Source of the DNA: Octopus sinensis
Taxonomy: Eukaryota
Assembly: GCF_006345805.1 (NCBI RefSeq)
Contig: NC_043002.1
Span: 105,338,001 to 105,402,000 of the forward strand
Direction of reading: 5' to 3'
Length of the DNA stretch: 64,000 bases
Position numbers and translations under genes: made by a program. Positions 39,572 to 53,797 of the stretch are shown here, piece after piece. The notes beneath the pieces are model-generated. The model ran no database searches and was not told where the DNA came from. It saw nothing but the letters and a program-made list of their open reading frames with translations. The number at the start of each line of letters is the position of its first letter. Positions within the stretch are counted from its first letter, which is position 1.

Positions 39572-39855
39572 CATAAATATATATGTGTATGTATATATTT
39601 GTTATTTGTATATGTGTTTGTCCCCCCACCATCATTGGTTGACAACCGATGTTGGTATTTTCGTCACTTATCGGTTCAGCAGAAGAAGATCGATAGAGTA
39701 AATAGTAGGCTTTCAAATAAATCCTGGCGTCGATATTTTCTCCTAAGGGTGGTGCTGCAGCATGGCCGCATTTAAATGATTCAAACACACAAAGAAGAAT
39801 ATATATATATTTGTGTATATATATATATTTGTATAAATTTATATATATATAATAT

Positions 39856-39902
<47 letters not shown>

Positions 39903-39974
39903 ACACACACACACACACACGGATGGCTACGTATCAGGTTTGGTTCTTATTGTATTGCAAATAAGAAGACAAGA

Positions 39975-40935
39975 TATATTTCTTTATTACCCGAACACAG
40001 AGGGCACAACACAATGTAGAATTTTTCTTTTCGAAAACGATCCAAAAGGTATTGCTTTGGGACGTGTGCACAAGGAAAAACAAAATTGTCGTTTTAAACA
40101 ATTAGATTTCCCCAGAGGGAGACTAAATATAACATTGACTAGGTTTATCCGTGGAGATAAAAAACTACGAAAAAGATCCACTTAATGGTGCCAGTGCCAA
40201 GCAGAATGTTAAGGGTGACGGCGAGTCCCCTTGGAAGATACCACTTTTGATTTTGATTGGTCCGCTTGTAATTGATCCACTGGAATGGTTCAGCGGCAAC
40301 GTAGTTTCCCATGTATTCATGCTGTGTTTCATAAACTTGAGAGTTGGGGATACTTTGTATACTTCCATCACTTTCAGAATCCAAGCGTCAGGTACACTCT
40401 CGAACGCCTTTTTATAGTCGATCCATGATGTGCTCAGGTTCGTTTTCCTGGTTTTGCAGTCTTCAAGAAAACTCGGAAACGAAAAAACAAAACTAACATG
40501 AAAGTAAAGCGCTCTTTCTCTCTTTGTTTTATAGGATCATGCTCAAGGTGGTTCCGACATTCCTGCATACTATCGTCCCCACATTGACCCACCTTTGGTT
40601 AAAATTTTCATTAGACAAAAGTTCCCCCTATTCTCGGCTTCCTTTTCAAGTGATACTTGAAAAGTTTGATGAGGAAGGAAAGTATTTGTCTCTACAGCTT
40701 TCAAACGTGACCACCATACACATTCTTTCATCATAGCCAAGAGTACAATGAAAACTGCCTTGCCTTGCCGGTTAAAGGAAGGTGGCGGAGCAATATTCAC
40801 GATAGACACGGTTGACAACCTAATTCGCTCCATGTGTGACAGTGACCGTTCGACATAGGCCCACAGATCTGAAATGCTTGAACGTAGCTTAATTGAGACG
40901 TGTACGCACGTTAAAGATGTATTTCTGTTATCCAA
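39975..40935 (-). mobile_element. Tx1/L1-like LINE 3' fragment, interrupted at 40180-40467
   Basis: SISDLWAYVERSLSHMERIRLSTVSIVNIAPPPSFNRQGKAVFIVLLAMMKECVWWSRL resembles the Tx1/L1 ORF2 C-terminus; the 3' UTR assignment is less certain. Confidence 0.55.
40180..40467 (-). mobile_element. 288-bp inverted copy of 47601-47888 (Dong-like RT segment)
   Basis: 284/288 identical by manual comparison. Confidence 0.92.
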
Positions 40936-41226
40936 CGTCCGTTTACTACGACAGGAAACGAATTATAAACTTATGAGAAACGCATTGGCCCATAAATAAG
41001 CTCACATTCACACGTTTACAAGCATTCACACGGGTGGAGCTAATTTTATATACACTCATATATACACATATATACACATATATACTCATATACACACACA
41101 CACGGATCTCTCTCCATTTATCAACATTTCTCTTTTCTCCTTCTGCTTCGTTTTCTCTCTACCGCTACCTCCCCTCTCTCCCTCCTTCCCCCTCCTCTCT
41201 CTTCTTCTCACTCCTTCCCTCTCTCT

Positions 41227-41272
<46 letters not shown>

Positions 41273-41499
41273 GTATATATATTATATATCTATATGCGCA
41301 CACTATATACATATACATATGTATGCGTCTGTGTTTATGTAAACCTGTCTATCTATAAACAGAGACATGTGTGTATAAAGAGAAGCATATATAGAAAGAC
41401 AGACAAGCACATAGATAGATAGATACATCGGCATAGATTAATTCAGTGAGTGATACGCGTATGTATTAGTACATACATACACCTACATACATACATATA

Positions 41500-41560
<61 letters not shown>

Positions 41561-41658
41561 TTTTATATATCATTATACACACAGACATATACATGTAATG
41601 TACAGACGCATGCACTCATTGAAATGTACATGAATACACGTACACGTATATATACGTG

Positions 41659-41695
<37 letters not shown>

Positions 41696-41784
41696 CGCAT
41701 ATATACGTGCTCGTGTATGCATGTATATATCGATGAGTGTATGCGTCTGTACAGTAATCTCTATACATTTATTATACACATAGA

Positions 41785-41785
41785 T

Positions 41786-41877
<92 letters not shown>

Positions 41878-41880
41878 GAG
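41785..41880. repeat. (GATA)n microsatellite
   Basis: Tetranucleotide array. Confidence 0.95.
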
Positions 41881-42060
41881 TTGATGAGAGAAATGGATAG
41901 ACATGAGATCTGGAAGTGATAATAGATGGAAGGATAGATGAGATAGATAGAAACATAAATCAGTACTTTAAGTGCGGAGATAAGCTCATTAATCTACGAA
42001 TTAGCAAAGATCGCACCTGGACTTTAGAAAAGTCACTGTAGCCTCTCTCTGAGTGAGTGA

Positions 42061-42135
<75 letters not shown>

Positions 42136-42385
42136 AGTAGTGTGAGTATGTGTGTGTGAGTGTGTGTGTATGTGTGTGTGGGGGGGGATATGGTGGTGAG
42201 GTTGTGTGTGGTTGGGATCTGAAACTATTTTCAGAATATCTGCTTCCGTAATTTGTTTAGCCAGATAAGTCTGGTTTATATTGAAAACGGAGAATGCCAA
42301 GAGAGAAAAGGGCAAAAGAGGATATAAACGAGAAGGTAAAAATAAATAAAAAAAAAAGCGATAATGATTTTGATTTCTAACATCG

Positions 42386-42431
<46 letters not shown>

Positions 42432-43004
42432 GGGAAGAAGGAGGATCTGAAGAAGAAATAAACTGAGAAGAAGAAGAAGAAGAAGAAGAAGAAGAACAAA
42501 GAAGAAGAAGAAGAAGGAGAAGAAGAAGACAAAAGAGAAGAAGAAGAAAAAGAAGAAGAAGAAGAAGAAGAAGAAGAAGAAGAAGAAAAAGAAAAGACCA
42601 ACAAAAATACGAAGTGGCGGGGGAAAGAAAATAAAAAGAGAGTGGAAGAATGAGATTAAGAAGAGGAATGATAAATATATAATTCAAATTTATTGTACTA
42701 TTAGCGCCATGCTTCTAAACATCGTTAAAATTAGATTCCCAAAACCTCGATTCACCTCCTTTTCTTTGGGTTTCGTTTTTTTTTTGTTAAATAAATGTAA
42801 ACAAGTTTTTGATTCAAAAATAACTCTTGACGATCAACTAAAATAAATTCACCGAAGAAACAGAATGACTAGAATCCGTGTGTGTGTATGTGTGTGTGTC
42901 TGTCTGTTTGTTCATGTGTGTCTGTGTGTATGTGTGCTGTGCATGTGTGTGTGTGTTTATATGTGTGAATATGTGTGTTTTTTAAGTAATCTATGTAGTA
43001 GATA

Positions 43005-43340
43005 CATAAAGGAGCATTCCGTCAGTTACGACGACGAAGATCCTAGCAGATACGATCAACGGAACAGCTTGCTCGTGAAATTGACGTGCAAGTGGCTGGG
43101 CACTCCACAGACACGTGTACCATTAACGTAGTTCTTTAGGGAGATTCAGCGTAACAAAGAGTATGATAAGGCCGGCCTTTTAAAATATAGGTACTACCCA
43201 TTTTTGCCAGCTGAGTGGACTGGAGCAACGTGAAATAAATTGTCTTGCTCAAGAACACAACGCATCGCCGGGAATTGAACTCACGGCCGTATGGTTGTGT
43301 GCCGATTTCCGTAACCACTAAGCCACGCACCTTCACCAAC
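43005..43340 (-). mobile_element. tRNA-derived SINE, third family (C)
   Basis: Minus strand: gtgcgtggcttagtggtta (A box)...gagttcaattccc (B box)...cttgagcaagac...gctccagtccactcagctg. Confidence 0.75.
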
Positions 43341-43344
43341 AGGT

Positions 43345-43585
43345 ACATAGATATGTACATAAGGAGTTCGTATCTCCACCGTAAAGTTTTGAGTTCAGTT
43401 CTACTTCGTGGCACCCTGGGAAAGTGTCTTCTACTATAGCTCACGTTCTGTGTTCAAATTCCGCCGATGTTGAATTTTCCTTTTATCCTTTCGGGTCGAT
43501 AGATTAAGTACCAGGGAAACACGGTGTGTCGATATAATCGACTAGACATCTCCCTGAAATTTCAGGCCTTGTGCCTATACTAGAA

Positions 43586-43588
<3 letters not shown>
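43345..43588 (+). mobile_element. Chimeric SINE: decayed family B head joined to a family A body
   Basis: ...gtgtcttctactatagctc|acgttctgtgttcaaattccgcc... Confidence 0.55.
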
Positions 43589-43654
<66 letters not shown>

Positions 43655-44145
43655 GAGTGAGAGAGCAGTGCATGCCATCAAAGTGACACAGGGGTAAAAT
43701 ATACGCAGCCCAGTATACCCATCATGACTACCCGTCTGATAAGGGTACACCAAGCACATGCATCACAACCATATGTGCGCGACATGATGATCTCATAAAA
43801 AGATAAATAGCGCAGGACCTTGCGAGTGGGGCCCAGTTAGAATTTTCTTCTGGTCGTGTAACCCATCCCACTCAAAAGGTCCCTGATTGAGAGTTGTTTA
43901 AGGATGTGGAATGAAGCACCCATGTTTCTAAAGGTGAATCATTCAAACCCCAAAGAATCCCTCTGAACACATGGCTATGATGCTCCACCACTACTTCTAC
44001 TCGTAATCAGAGATGCACATATCGTCAGCCACTAAGGGACATGCTCAACTGGTTACGGTCAAACCACTGACAAGCAAATCTGTGGTATTGAGCAGAATAT
44101 TTGCTGTAGCCCATCTTTTATACCAAGGCAAAACAGTGTACATGA
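43655..44145 (-). mobile_element. 555-bp (AAT)n-targeting non-coding element, 5'-truncated copy
   Basis: Homologous to 59022-59575 and 60397-60951; (ATT)n on both sides. Confidence 0.88.
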
Positions 44146-44153
44146 TATTATTA

Positions 44154-44230
<77 letters not shown>

Positions 44231-44380
44231 GAATATATAAAATTCTATATATGTGTGCGTATGTATGTGTTTGTGTATGAATGTGTGTGTACAAATATAT
44301 ATATTCATATGTGCTTGTAAATGTGTGTGTATGTATGTCTTTGTGTCTGTGTCCCCGCCACGACCGCTTGATATCCGGTT

Positions 44381-44418
<38 letters not shown>

Positions 44419-44583
44419 AAAGTCAGAATGCGATAAAATAAAATTAATTATTATCGCTGGTGTTTCTAGCACAGGCCATATATTATTCATATATAAGTAC
44501 ATTAAAGGCGAAGTATGTACTAGATACACAGAAGCTTGATAAATTAGTGAAATGAAAATAAAAACTTTTACTAACTCGGTTCT

Positions 44584-44656
44584 TCTTAGACTGCAGTTTC
44601 GCCTATTTCAGAAATAAAAATAATATTTATTTACTCAGGTAGGCTCTTCAGTAAGA
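44584..44656 (-). ncRNA. Type I hammerhead ribozyme, fully canonical
   Basis: Minus strand: ucuua CUGAAGA GCCUA...UAGGC GAA ACUGCAGU C uaaga; 5-bp stem I, 5-bp stem II, palindromic stem III, GUC cleavage triplet. Confidence 0.8.
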
Positions 44657-45169
44657 TTCCTGTTATTTTGAGATCGCACCTCGATAGACACATGTGCGTC
44701 TACTGATTTGCTCTTTCTAACTAATCAGATCATCATATTTATATATATATATATATATTATATATATATGTGTGTTGTGTGTGTGTGTGTATGTGTGTGT
44801 GTGTTGTGTATGTATGTATGTATGTATGTATGTATGTATGTGTATATATATTAATATATATATATATATATATATATAGATAGATAGATAGATAGATAGA
44901 TAGAGAGGAGAGAGAGAGAGAGAGGGAGAAACATAGATAGATACTTCAAGATTTCTTGCCAATAGAGTAAGAGCCGGTTTCTAACCTGGATCCAAGTCTC
45001 ATTCATTGGAATTTCAACATTAACAACATGTTATTTTTGTATGTACGCATGTATGTATATATATGTATGTTGTGATGCATTGAACTGAAGAATTATTCCA
45101 TGCTTTTGTAGAGTGCTAATTTACTATTATTTAGCAAGAATTTATTGTTACTTAGCAAGAATAATTTTG

Positions 45170-45214
45170 TCGGTGACTTCGAAGTTTCGCCCAGTGAGGC
45201 CATCATCGGACTGT
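45170..45214 (-). ncRNA. Hammerhead relic (U4C core)
   Basis: Minus strand: cagu CCGAUGA u GGCC ucacu GGGC GAA ACUUCGAAGU C accg; 10-nt palindromic stem III. Confidence 0.55.
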
Positions 45215-45880
45215 GATGCATTTGTGTTCATATATCGGCTTTTTATAGACTCTATTGAGATGAATTTTTTCTTTCGATGTTTGTAATACTTTTGAATTGA
45301 AATGACGTTGCAGGATAGGTTTTGATGGACAGGTTTTACGGAGAAATTTTTTGTTGATTACATCTTGATTTATGGCATTGTCCAGAATTTACTCATGTCG
45401 GTAGTACTTTGTAAATGAGCAGAGTTCACAAAACAGATGGAAGTAGGTAGATGGAGAGTTTTGGTCAGCAGATGTGTCACTAGTTTTAGTCAGTATTTAT
45501 TTTCTTGGATTTATCCAATGTAAGGTCAAAGATCAAAAGTGCAGCATTGAAACTTTGTAATTGGGTGTGTCAATTTTTTTGAAATTGAATTTCCAGCATT
45601 TTACAAAGGAATTTAAGCCGGTATTTTTATTCGTCAAAAAGTTTTTTTCGCTAGCTGTTGATGTAAGACCATTTCTCCAGTTTGTATTGGGAGGGTGAAG
45701 GTTATTAATGTAATGGAGAAGTTCATATCGAAATTCTTTATCTTGGGATTTTCGTAATAATTATGTAAGAGACGTTTTGGTAACCTCTGCTGGGAACGCC
45801 ATTAATAAGTCAGCTGCTATGCATCAAGTGGTCCACAGAGGGCAGCACTGAGCTGGTAATGGTGTCTTTACACTCTTTCT
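45215..45880 (-). mobile_element. Heavily decayed Penelope-like GIY-YIG end, upstream of the HHR relic on the same strand
   Basis: Frame-broken minus translation CCPL...IAADLL...AEVT and NKNTGLNSFVKCWK weakly resembles PLE endonuclease motifs. Confidence 0.35.
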
Positions 45881-45991
45881 TTAAGTAAGAATTTTTTTCT
45901 CCGTGGCAAACTTCAGTGAACTTGCCTTCAGAAGTTAAAAAGCGTCACAAACATATTTGGACTAACCTATAATCACACACAAACACACACA

Positions 45992-46034
<43 letters not shown>

Positions 46035-46071
46035 TACACACCACACATACGCACACACTCACACACACACG

Positions 46072-46106
<35 letters not shown>

Positions 46107-46590
46107 AGGGCGTGTGTATGTGTGTTTGTGTGTGTATGCGTGTGTGTGTAAGCATGTATGTATATATATATAAAGATATGTATATATATACATACATACG
46201 TATGTATATACCTATTTTTCACATACTTAATAGCCAAGCCAGCTAAACAAGGGACTTCAATGACTTAAAATCAAAGATCAAAGCAGAGCTTACTTCAAAA
46301 TGTAAAATATTTCACGCCTATGAAGTGGGGAAATGTGTATAATATACATAAATACACTACGAAATACATAAAAGACACATAACTCATGAGCTGGTTCAGA
46401 ATTCCAGTAACTGCTTGAGAAAAAGTAAACGATAAAATAATATTCAATGAGAAAAAATTTTTTTTCTATTTTTCGGGCTCTCATTGACTTGTGACCACTC
46501 GTCTGCCATACATAACTCAATATATTAAAATGTACTTATGATTTCTTTTATTTACTTGGGGTTGTGGAGAATATAGAGAATATAATAATA

Positions 46591-46628
<38 letters not shown>

Positions 46629-46711
46629 TAATAAAATAATAATAAAATAATAATAAAATAATAATAATGATAATAATAGTAATAATAATAATTAATAATA
46701 ATAACAACAAC

Positions 46712-49408
46712 AACTAAAAAAAGATAACTGCTCAACAGAAGAAAAGACAACTAAAATGGAAAGCAATCTTAGAAAAGGATATACAATGTTTGAGTGGCAA
46801 CCTATCAAAACTGACCGAAATAAGTAACGGAAACCAGGTCAACCTAAGAAAAGCCAAGAAAATATGCAAAAAGCGTGGGATCAAACAAAAAAAAAATGAA
46901 ATACCTGAAGCAAAAGAAAACCTAAAGCAAAAAATCCAAGCAAAAGCACAACGACTGTCACGATATATAAAGTGACACAAACAATTTAGGCAAAACAAAT
47001 TCTTTGAAGAAGATGGAAAGAAATTTTGCGGGGAACTCGGTAAACAAAAAATATATATTGAGAAACCACCAAAGAAAGAGAATATGGAAAATTCCTGGAG
47101 TACGTTATAGGAAAATGAAAAACAACATAATGAAGATGTAGAATGGATTAAGGGACAAGAAACACTCCTGGAAAATAAAGAAGTGCAGGAATGGGAAGAT
47201 ATTCAAGAGGCGGCGAAGGTCACCCTGGCCCTGAAAAAGGCCAGCAATTGGAAGTCACCGAGAATAGATGGAGTACCAAACTTCTGGATCAAACAGCGAG
47301 TTGATATACATGGAGATATGTCATCAACATACAACGAAATCATGAAAAACCCGGAAAATAGCCCAGACTGGTTGACACAGGGAGTGACATACCTAATACT
47401 ATAAACAATTGATACAGAAAACCCAAAGAACTATTGACCAATCACCTGTCTTCCAACAGTGTATACAATATTAACATCTGTAATCACTGAAACAACATAC
47501 ACATTCGTAGAAAAAAAACAACCTACTACCACCAGAACAAAAAGATTGTTGAAGAGGGAGCCACGGATGCAAGGAAGAATTGCTGATAAACAAAATGATC
47601 CTTGAAGACTGCAAAACCAGGAAAACGAACCTGAGCACATCATGGATCGACTATAAAAAGGCGTTCGAGAGTGTACCCGACGCTTGGATTCTGAAAGTGA
47701 TGGAAGTATACAAAGTATCCCCAACTCTCAAGTTTATGAAACACAGCATGAATACATGGGAAACTACGTTGACGCTGAACCATTCCAGTGGATCAATTAC
47801 AAGCGGACCAATCAAAATCAAATGTGGTATCTTCCAAGGGGACTCGCTGTCACCCTTAACATTCTGCTTGGCACTGGCACCATTAAGTACCATGCTAAAC
47901 AAAACCGGGTATGGATATGAGATCAAGAAGAAAAAAGGGAGTCATCTGTTCTACATGGATGATCTGAAAATGTACACAAAAAAGGACGAATAAGAAGAAG
48001 GTCTACTTGCTATGGTTAAAAAGTTCAATGATGATATCAGGATGCAGTTTCGACTGCAGAAATGCGCGAAAGCCATTTACATAAGAGCTAAACTGGTATG
48101 TTCTGCGGATATCCACGTAGATACAGAAGCAAAAATCCGAGCAGTGGACCAGGAAGAAGCATATATATTGATTGGCATAGACGAAAGTAACGGCAAAAAA
48201 CATTCAGCAATGAAAGAGAAGATTAGAAAAGAGTTCTACAGCAGAGTACGTTTAGTAACAAAGACTGAACTCAACGCTGCAAACAAAATAGAAGCCATTA
48301 ACACTCTTGCAGTACCAATCGTAGCTTATGGTTTCAACATAATTAACTGGCAAATGAGAAAAATAAAGAAGCAAGACTCCAAGACCAGAAAACTACTAAA
48401 CATGGATCGAATGAACCATCCAAAAGCGGACGTGAACAGGATTTATTTACCGAGAAGCATGGGAGGAAGAGGACTAACACAATTAGAATTATCTTACCAA
48501 ACCACCACTGTAGTATTAAATACATATCTTGAGCTGTCAAAAGATCTTCTAACGAAGCTTGTGCACCAGCATGATAAAGTAAAGAAGTTATATTCGGTAT
48601 ACAAAGATTCTATAAAGTTTAAGAAACAACAGATGATGGAGGAACCTAGGATAAAGGCGAGTGAGACAGTAACCCAGTTTTCTAAAAGAGTTAAGGAAGA
48701 GATGAAAAAAGAAGCCAAGAAGAAGAGCAAAATAGAATGGCTAGAAAAACCGATGCATGGCCGATACCCATGTAGAGTGAACAAACCAGACGTAGACGAT
48801 CGAGACACTCATATATGGATGAAGAGCTCAGGACTGAAGGCTGAAATCGAAGGTTTTATCATAGCAACACAAGATCAAAGATTCGCAACCAAGGCTTAGC
48901 ACAACAAAATAATGAACGATGGCACTGACCCGAAATACAGAATGTGTCATGAGCAGTATGAACCAGTGGACCACATCTTAACTGGGTGCACAGCGCTTGC
49001 AAAAACTGAATATATTCATGGACACGATAGACTAGCACAATTGGAAGATATGTAAACACTATCAGCTTCCAATGTCAGCACACATATGAAACTCTGACAG
49101 GAAAAGATGATGTAACAGTACTCTGGGACATGCCAATTAACATCGATAAAGAAATCAAGGAAAACGCACCGGGCATAATCATCAAAGAAGGGAAGAATAA
49201 GAAATACTTAATGAAAGATATGACAGTACCATCAGAGAGAAATGTGTCCATTAAAGAAGTTGAGAGGTTACTTAAGTACAAATACCTAGAAATAGAAGTG
49301 ACCAAGATGTGGGGAATGAAAAGAAGCACAGTATTACTTGGGTGTTCTACGAGTGACGGAGGTAAAACACAGTTAAAATACATCGTATCATTCGGAAAGC
49401 AGAAATAA
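46712..49408 (+). mobile_element. 2.7-kb R4/Dong-like LINE (RT, zinc knuckle, REL), inactive
   Basis: KASNWKSPRIDGVPNFWIK, WIDYKKAFESVP, GIFQGDSLSPL, HLFYMDDLK, LYLPR-like RIYLPRSMGGRGL, CHEQYEPVDHILTGC and KYKYLEIEVTKMW; stops at several sites; starts in an (AAT)n-rich tract. Confidence 0.93.
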
Positions 49409-49507
49409 CACGTCCATTTATTTTAGGCTCTAAGTGTTGTCATTATTCCCGATATTTTCTCATTCGTGTTTTATCCCTCTCACATGTTAAATGTCCCCGG
49501 AGTTCTC

Positions 49508-49550
<43 letters not shown>

Positions 49551-49569
49551 TATATATTATTTTAAATTT

Positions 49570-49782
49570 TTGCCACAAGGGCAGCTTGAAAGATATGAGG
49601 ATGAGTCAATTACATGCCCCCCCCCCTTCAGTGTTCAACTGGTACTTATTTTATCGAACACCCGAAATGATGGAAAGCAAAGTCGACTTCAGTGGAATTT
49701 GAACTCAAAAGAATGTAAAGACAAACGAAATACTTCTGAGCATTTCGCGTGGCGTGCCAACAATTCTTCCAGCTCGCCGCCT
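49570..49782 (-). mobile_element. SINE family A, diverged
   Basis: Ends in ccagctcgccgcctt (reverse complement of the head). Confidence 0.8.
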
Positions 49783-51295
49783 TGATAATAATAATAATAA
49801 TGATAATAATAATAATGGTATTTTTGAATATTATTGACCCATGTCGTAAATAAATCTAAGTACATCACTCAATATAAGAATCTTTTGGGAAAAACATCTC
49901 CATTGAGTGTCGATGTTTAAGAAGCAAGTTCTAAAACATCCGATCTGGAAGTTCTTTAAAGATACATTTGATCGTTCAGCATGTACGTATTGTTAAGAAT
50001 TGGCATTCGGATCAGATGTCAGATAGTGTTCACGCAAGACTGGAGACGGAGGGACAGCAACAGAGCCTGACATTAAACAAAATGCCTGCAGAGAAAACAC
50101 CAAAGAAACATATTCGCATCTACGCTCACAGATATACGTATATATACATATATATACACACATAGAATTCAGTATATGTCTATGCGTTTGTGTTTATGAC
50201 AGTGGAGTTTGTGCTTTTTTCAATGCATAAACATACTATACTATAAAGTTTATGTGTGTGTGTGTGTACAAATATTTATATACATATATGGACAAATGTA
50301 TACATATGTATACACGCACGCACACGCACATACTGTCGTACATAGGCGCGCATATATGTGCAGAGGAAAAGAGAATGCCCGTGCTTATTCGTTTGAAGAG
50401 AGAATCTAGAAATTCCATAAAGAACTCATCAGTTTATAATTTAGGAAAATGTTATATATTTATTGTAAAGTCCCGTAGCGGACCATTGCATTCTGCTCCC
50501 TTTCTTTCGCGCGTTTGGAAATTACTGGGGGATCTTCTTTCAGATACTTAGCGTCCTTTCCATGCGGATTATCAACAACCAAACGATAACAGTAATTAAC
50601 TTCGAGGAACACATCTTTTTAAAAATTAACGAAAGACAGACACATTTTTTTCCTTCAAGAACATTTACCTAATTTGTTTGTTTATTCATTTATATTCTGT
50701 GGCTATTTGTGATCAATGGGTTCGTCTGTGACAGATTTCCAATATAACCCTGATGGAGATAAACTTTTAAGGGGGTTTCACTGCCACAGTTGATGTTATT
50801 CCTGAATAAACCGTGAGATAAAGATGGCTACGCGTATTACAACAAAAGTCTGCTGGCGAACGTTTAACAACAGATGTAGCCAAAGCATTTATAAACGCAT
50901 AAACTATGAAATCCTCATTTCTAACGTAACTGGGGTGTAGAGATTGACCTAACTGTATTCGCTCGGCCATTTGTTACCGAGAAAGTGAGAGACAAAAAGA
51001 TATGAGCCCGCAGAAAATTCTTAAGGTTCTTTTCAGGATTTGTTTGATACCAGGACTTATTTTATCGACACCGAAATAATGAAAGACAGAAATCGATCTT
51101 CGTGGAATCCGGACTCAGAACGCAAATCCGGACGACTACTATTTTGTCAGTTCACCGGCTTCATGAGGAAAATAATGACTGGGCTGTCGGCTTCTAGGTA
51201 CAAAACAAATGTCACCGGAAAATTCATTTTAAGGGTGTCGGTCTTTCGATGAGAGATTCTACAAAATGTTCTCCTACAAATTCCTATATATATTC

Positions 51296-51842
51296 TTTTC
51301 TACTCAGGGCACAAGTGGACATTCGATTAGATCGATCCCAGTACGCAACTGGTACTTAATTTATCGATACCGAAAGGATGAAAGACAAAGTCGACCTTGG
51401 CGGAATTTGAACTCAGAAAGTGAAGAAAGAAGAAATACCTATTTCTTTACTACCCACAAGGGGCTAAACACAGAGAGGACAAACAAAAACAGAGAAACGG
51501 ATTAAGTCGATTTGCGTAACAGGTACTTATTTAATTGACCCCGAAAGGATGAAAGGCAAAGTCGACCTCGGCGGAATTTGAACTCAGAACGTAGCGGCAG
51601 ACGAAATACCTATTTCTTTACTACCCACAAGGGGCTAAACACAGAGAGGACAAACAAGGACAGACAAACGGATTAAATCGATTACATCGACTCTAGTGCG
51701 TAACTGGTACTTAATTTATCGACCCCGAAAGGATGAAAGGCAAAGTCGGCCTCGGCGGAATTTGAACTCAGAACGTAACGGCAGACGAAATACGGCTACG
51801 CATTTCACCCGGCGTGCTAACGTTTCTGCCAGCTCACCGCTT
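51296..51842 (-). mobile_element. SINE family A with three tandem units
   Basis: gaaaggatgaaaggcaaagtcgacctcggcggaatttgaactcag appears three times. Confidence 0.92.
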
Positions 51843-52189
51843 TAAATTCCAAAGTATATTAACAGAAAATATGTCAGAAAAAAAGAAATTCCTGGGCCAT
51901 GTGAAGAGCACTGGTATTGAAACTCGATCCAAGTAGTTTCGATATGATCTTGTTAACGTCATACCTATGTCTGTGTTTTTCATTGAACCATACACTTTTT
52001 TTTTCTATAATAGGGTACATTGTTTTTATATATTGCCAAAGGTTGAAAAGAAAATATTTATAACACCTATAATAATAATGATGATCATCATGATAATGAT
52101 AATGATCGATAAATGATTCATTCCCTATATGTATGATGTATTTGTAGCGATAGACGCCAAGTTATTCAGTATTTGTATTTCCGTATATT

Positions 52190-52238
<49 letters not shown>

Positions 52239-52322
52239 TGTACGCACACACATAAACACGCACATACACATACACACACATACACACACACAAATATATA
52301 TATATATACACGTATATATATG

Positions 52323-52387
<65 letters not shown>

Positions 52388-52912
52388 ACAATATACAAAT
52401 ACATGTATATCAAAATATATATATATATGTGTGTGTACATGTGTATATATAAGTATGTATATACGCACATATGCGAGTTTAGCCATAAAAAAACTGTGAT
52501 TTTTTGTTCCTTTTACAATAATACAATAGGAAGAAAAAAGAAGGAAGGAAAGAGGTAAGGAAAGAGTGAATGAAAGAAGGAATGGATGATTGAAAGAAAG
52601 ACAAGTAAAGTATTTTTTTCTCTCTTGTAACCCATCCAAAATTATCTAAGTCGTTTTCTTTTATCCTATGTTCCATGCACCCAATGCTTGGCAAGTTTTC
52701 TGTCAGCCATCGAAGACTGGCTATGTTTAAACACAAACCACCACACATATGCGAAGCTATATATGTGTGTACACAAACACACACATATTTATGTATCTAA
52801 ATATATCTATTTACATACATATATAGATAGATAGATATATCCTCTGTTCCCTTTGAAATGCCTATGTGTTGTGTGCGTCCGCACTCATGTAAGAGGGTGT
52901 GCAAGAACATAC

Positions 52913-52946
<34 letters not shown>

Positions 52947-53364
52947 CTATAAGTTTGTATGAGTTCACTGTATGTTCGTTCAAGAACTTTACTACATCCA
53001 GCTGTTCACATCTTTAGATAATTTTTATTAAATATATTTAATCCGGATGAATTAGAAATTTGGAAAGAATTCAACGCTCACAATATTATACACACTGTCT
53101 GCCTTACAAATTACTCATATTTGGTTGTTACTGCTTTTACTTTTTAAAACACACAACCATACACATACACAAACACACACGTGTGTGTGTGTGTATGTAC
53201 TTACAAATATATGTATATACATATCTTTTATCTATTACTTCATTCGACCATTTAGACTGCGGCCATGCTCACTCACCATCCTGAATGATTTTAGAGTAAC
53301 GCATCGACCTCAAATCTTTTATTTTAAGACATCGTACTTTCTTCTGTTGGGATGGAGCCTGCGC

Positions 53365-53417
<53 letters not shown>

Positions 53418-53613
53418 AGTAGTTGAATGAATTTACTAGTATGGATAATTCGGTTAACCGATACCCGGGTAGCAAATTCACGTCAGAAAACACGGTTGAA
53501 GCTACATGCCAAGGGCAGAGATCACGTGCTTTCGTGTGGAATTTGTGTTTTTTTTTTTACTATAAATAAATGAAAGAATGGAGTTGAACGACGATTTAAC
53601 AAAATTCCTTTAT

Positions 53614-53694
53614 TCTCGACATATGTTTCGAAGACTGCATATTCCTAATTCCGAAGGAATAAACGGTGCATTATGCCGCCTTCTCATCAGGAAA
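53614..53694 (-). ncRNA. Type I hammerhead ribozyme, canonical core, extended stem II
   Basis: Minus strand: uuuc CUGAUGA GAAGGCGGCAUA...UAUGCAGUCUUC GAA ACAUAUGU C gaga; GUC cleavage triplet. Confidence 0.75.
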
Positions 53695-53716
53695 GACAAG
53701 GAACTTATTTCAGCAT

Positions 53717-53797
53717 CATCCCGATGAGAAGGCGGCATAATGCACCGTTTATTCCTTCGGAATTAGGAATATGCAGTCTTCGAAACATATGTCGGAA
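53717..53797 (+). ncRNA. Mirror hammerhead copy with U4C core and disrupted stem I
   Basis: cauc CCGAUGA GAAGGC...GUCUUC GAAACAUAUGUC ggaa. Confidence 0.55.

Noticed and set aside
47580-48899. Active reverse transcriptase gene
   Set aside because: In-frame stops (e.g. at 47991-47993 and 48897-48899) and frameshifts; the copy is dead.
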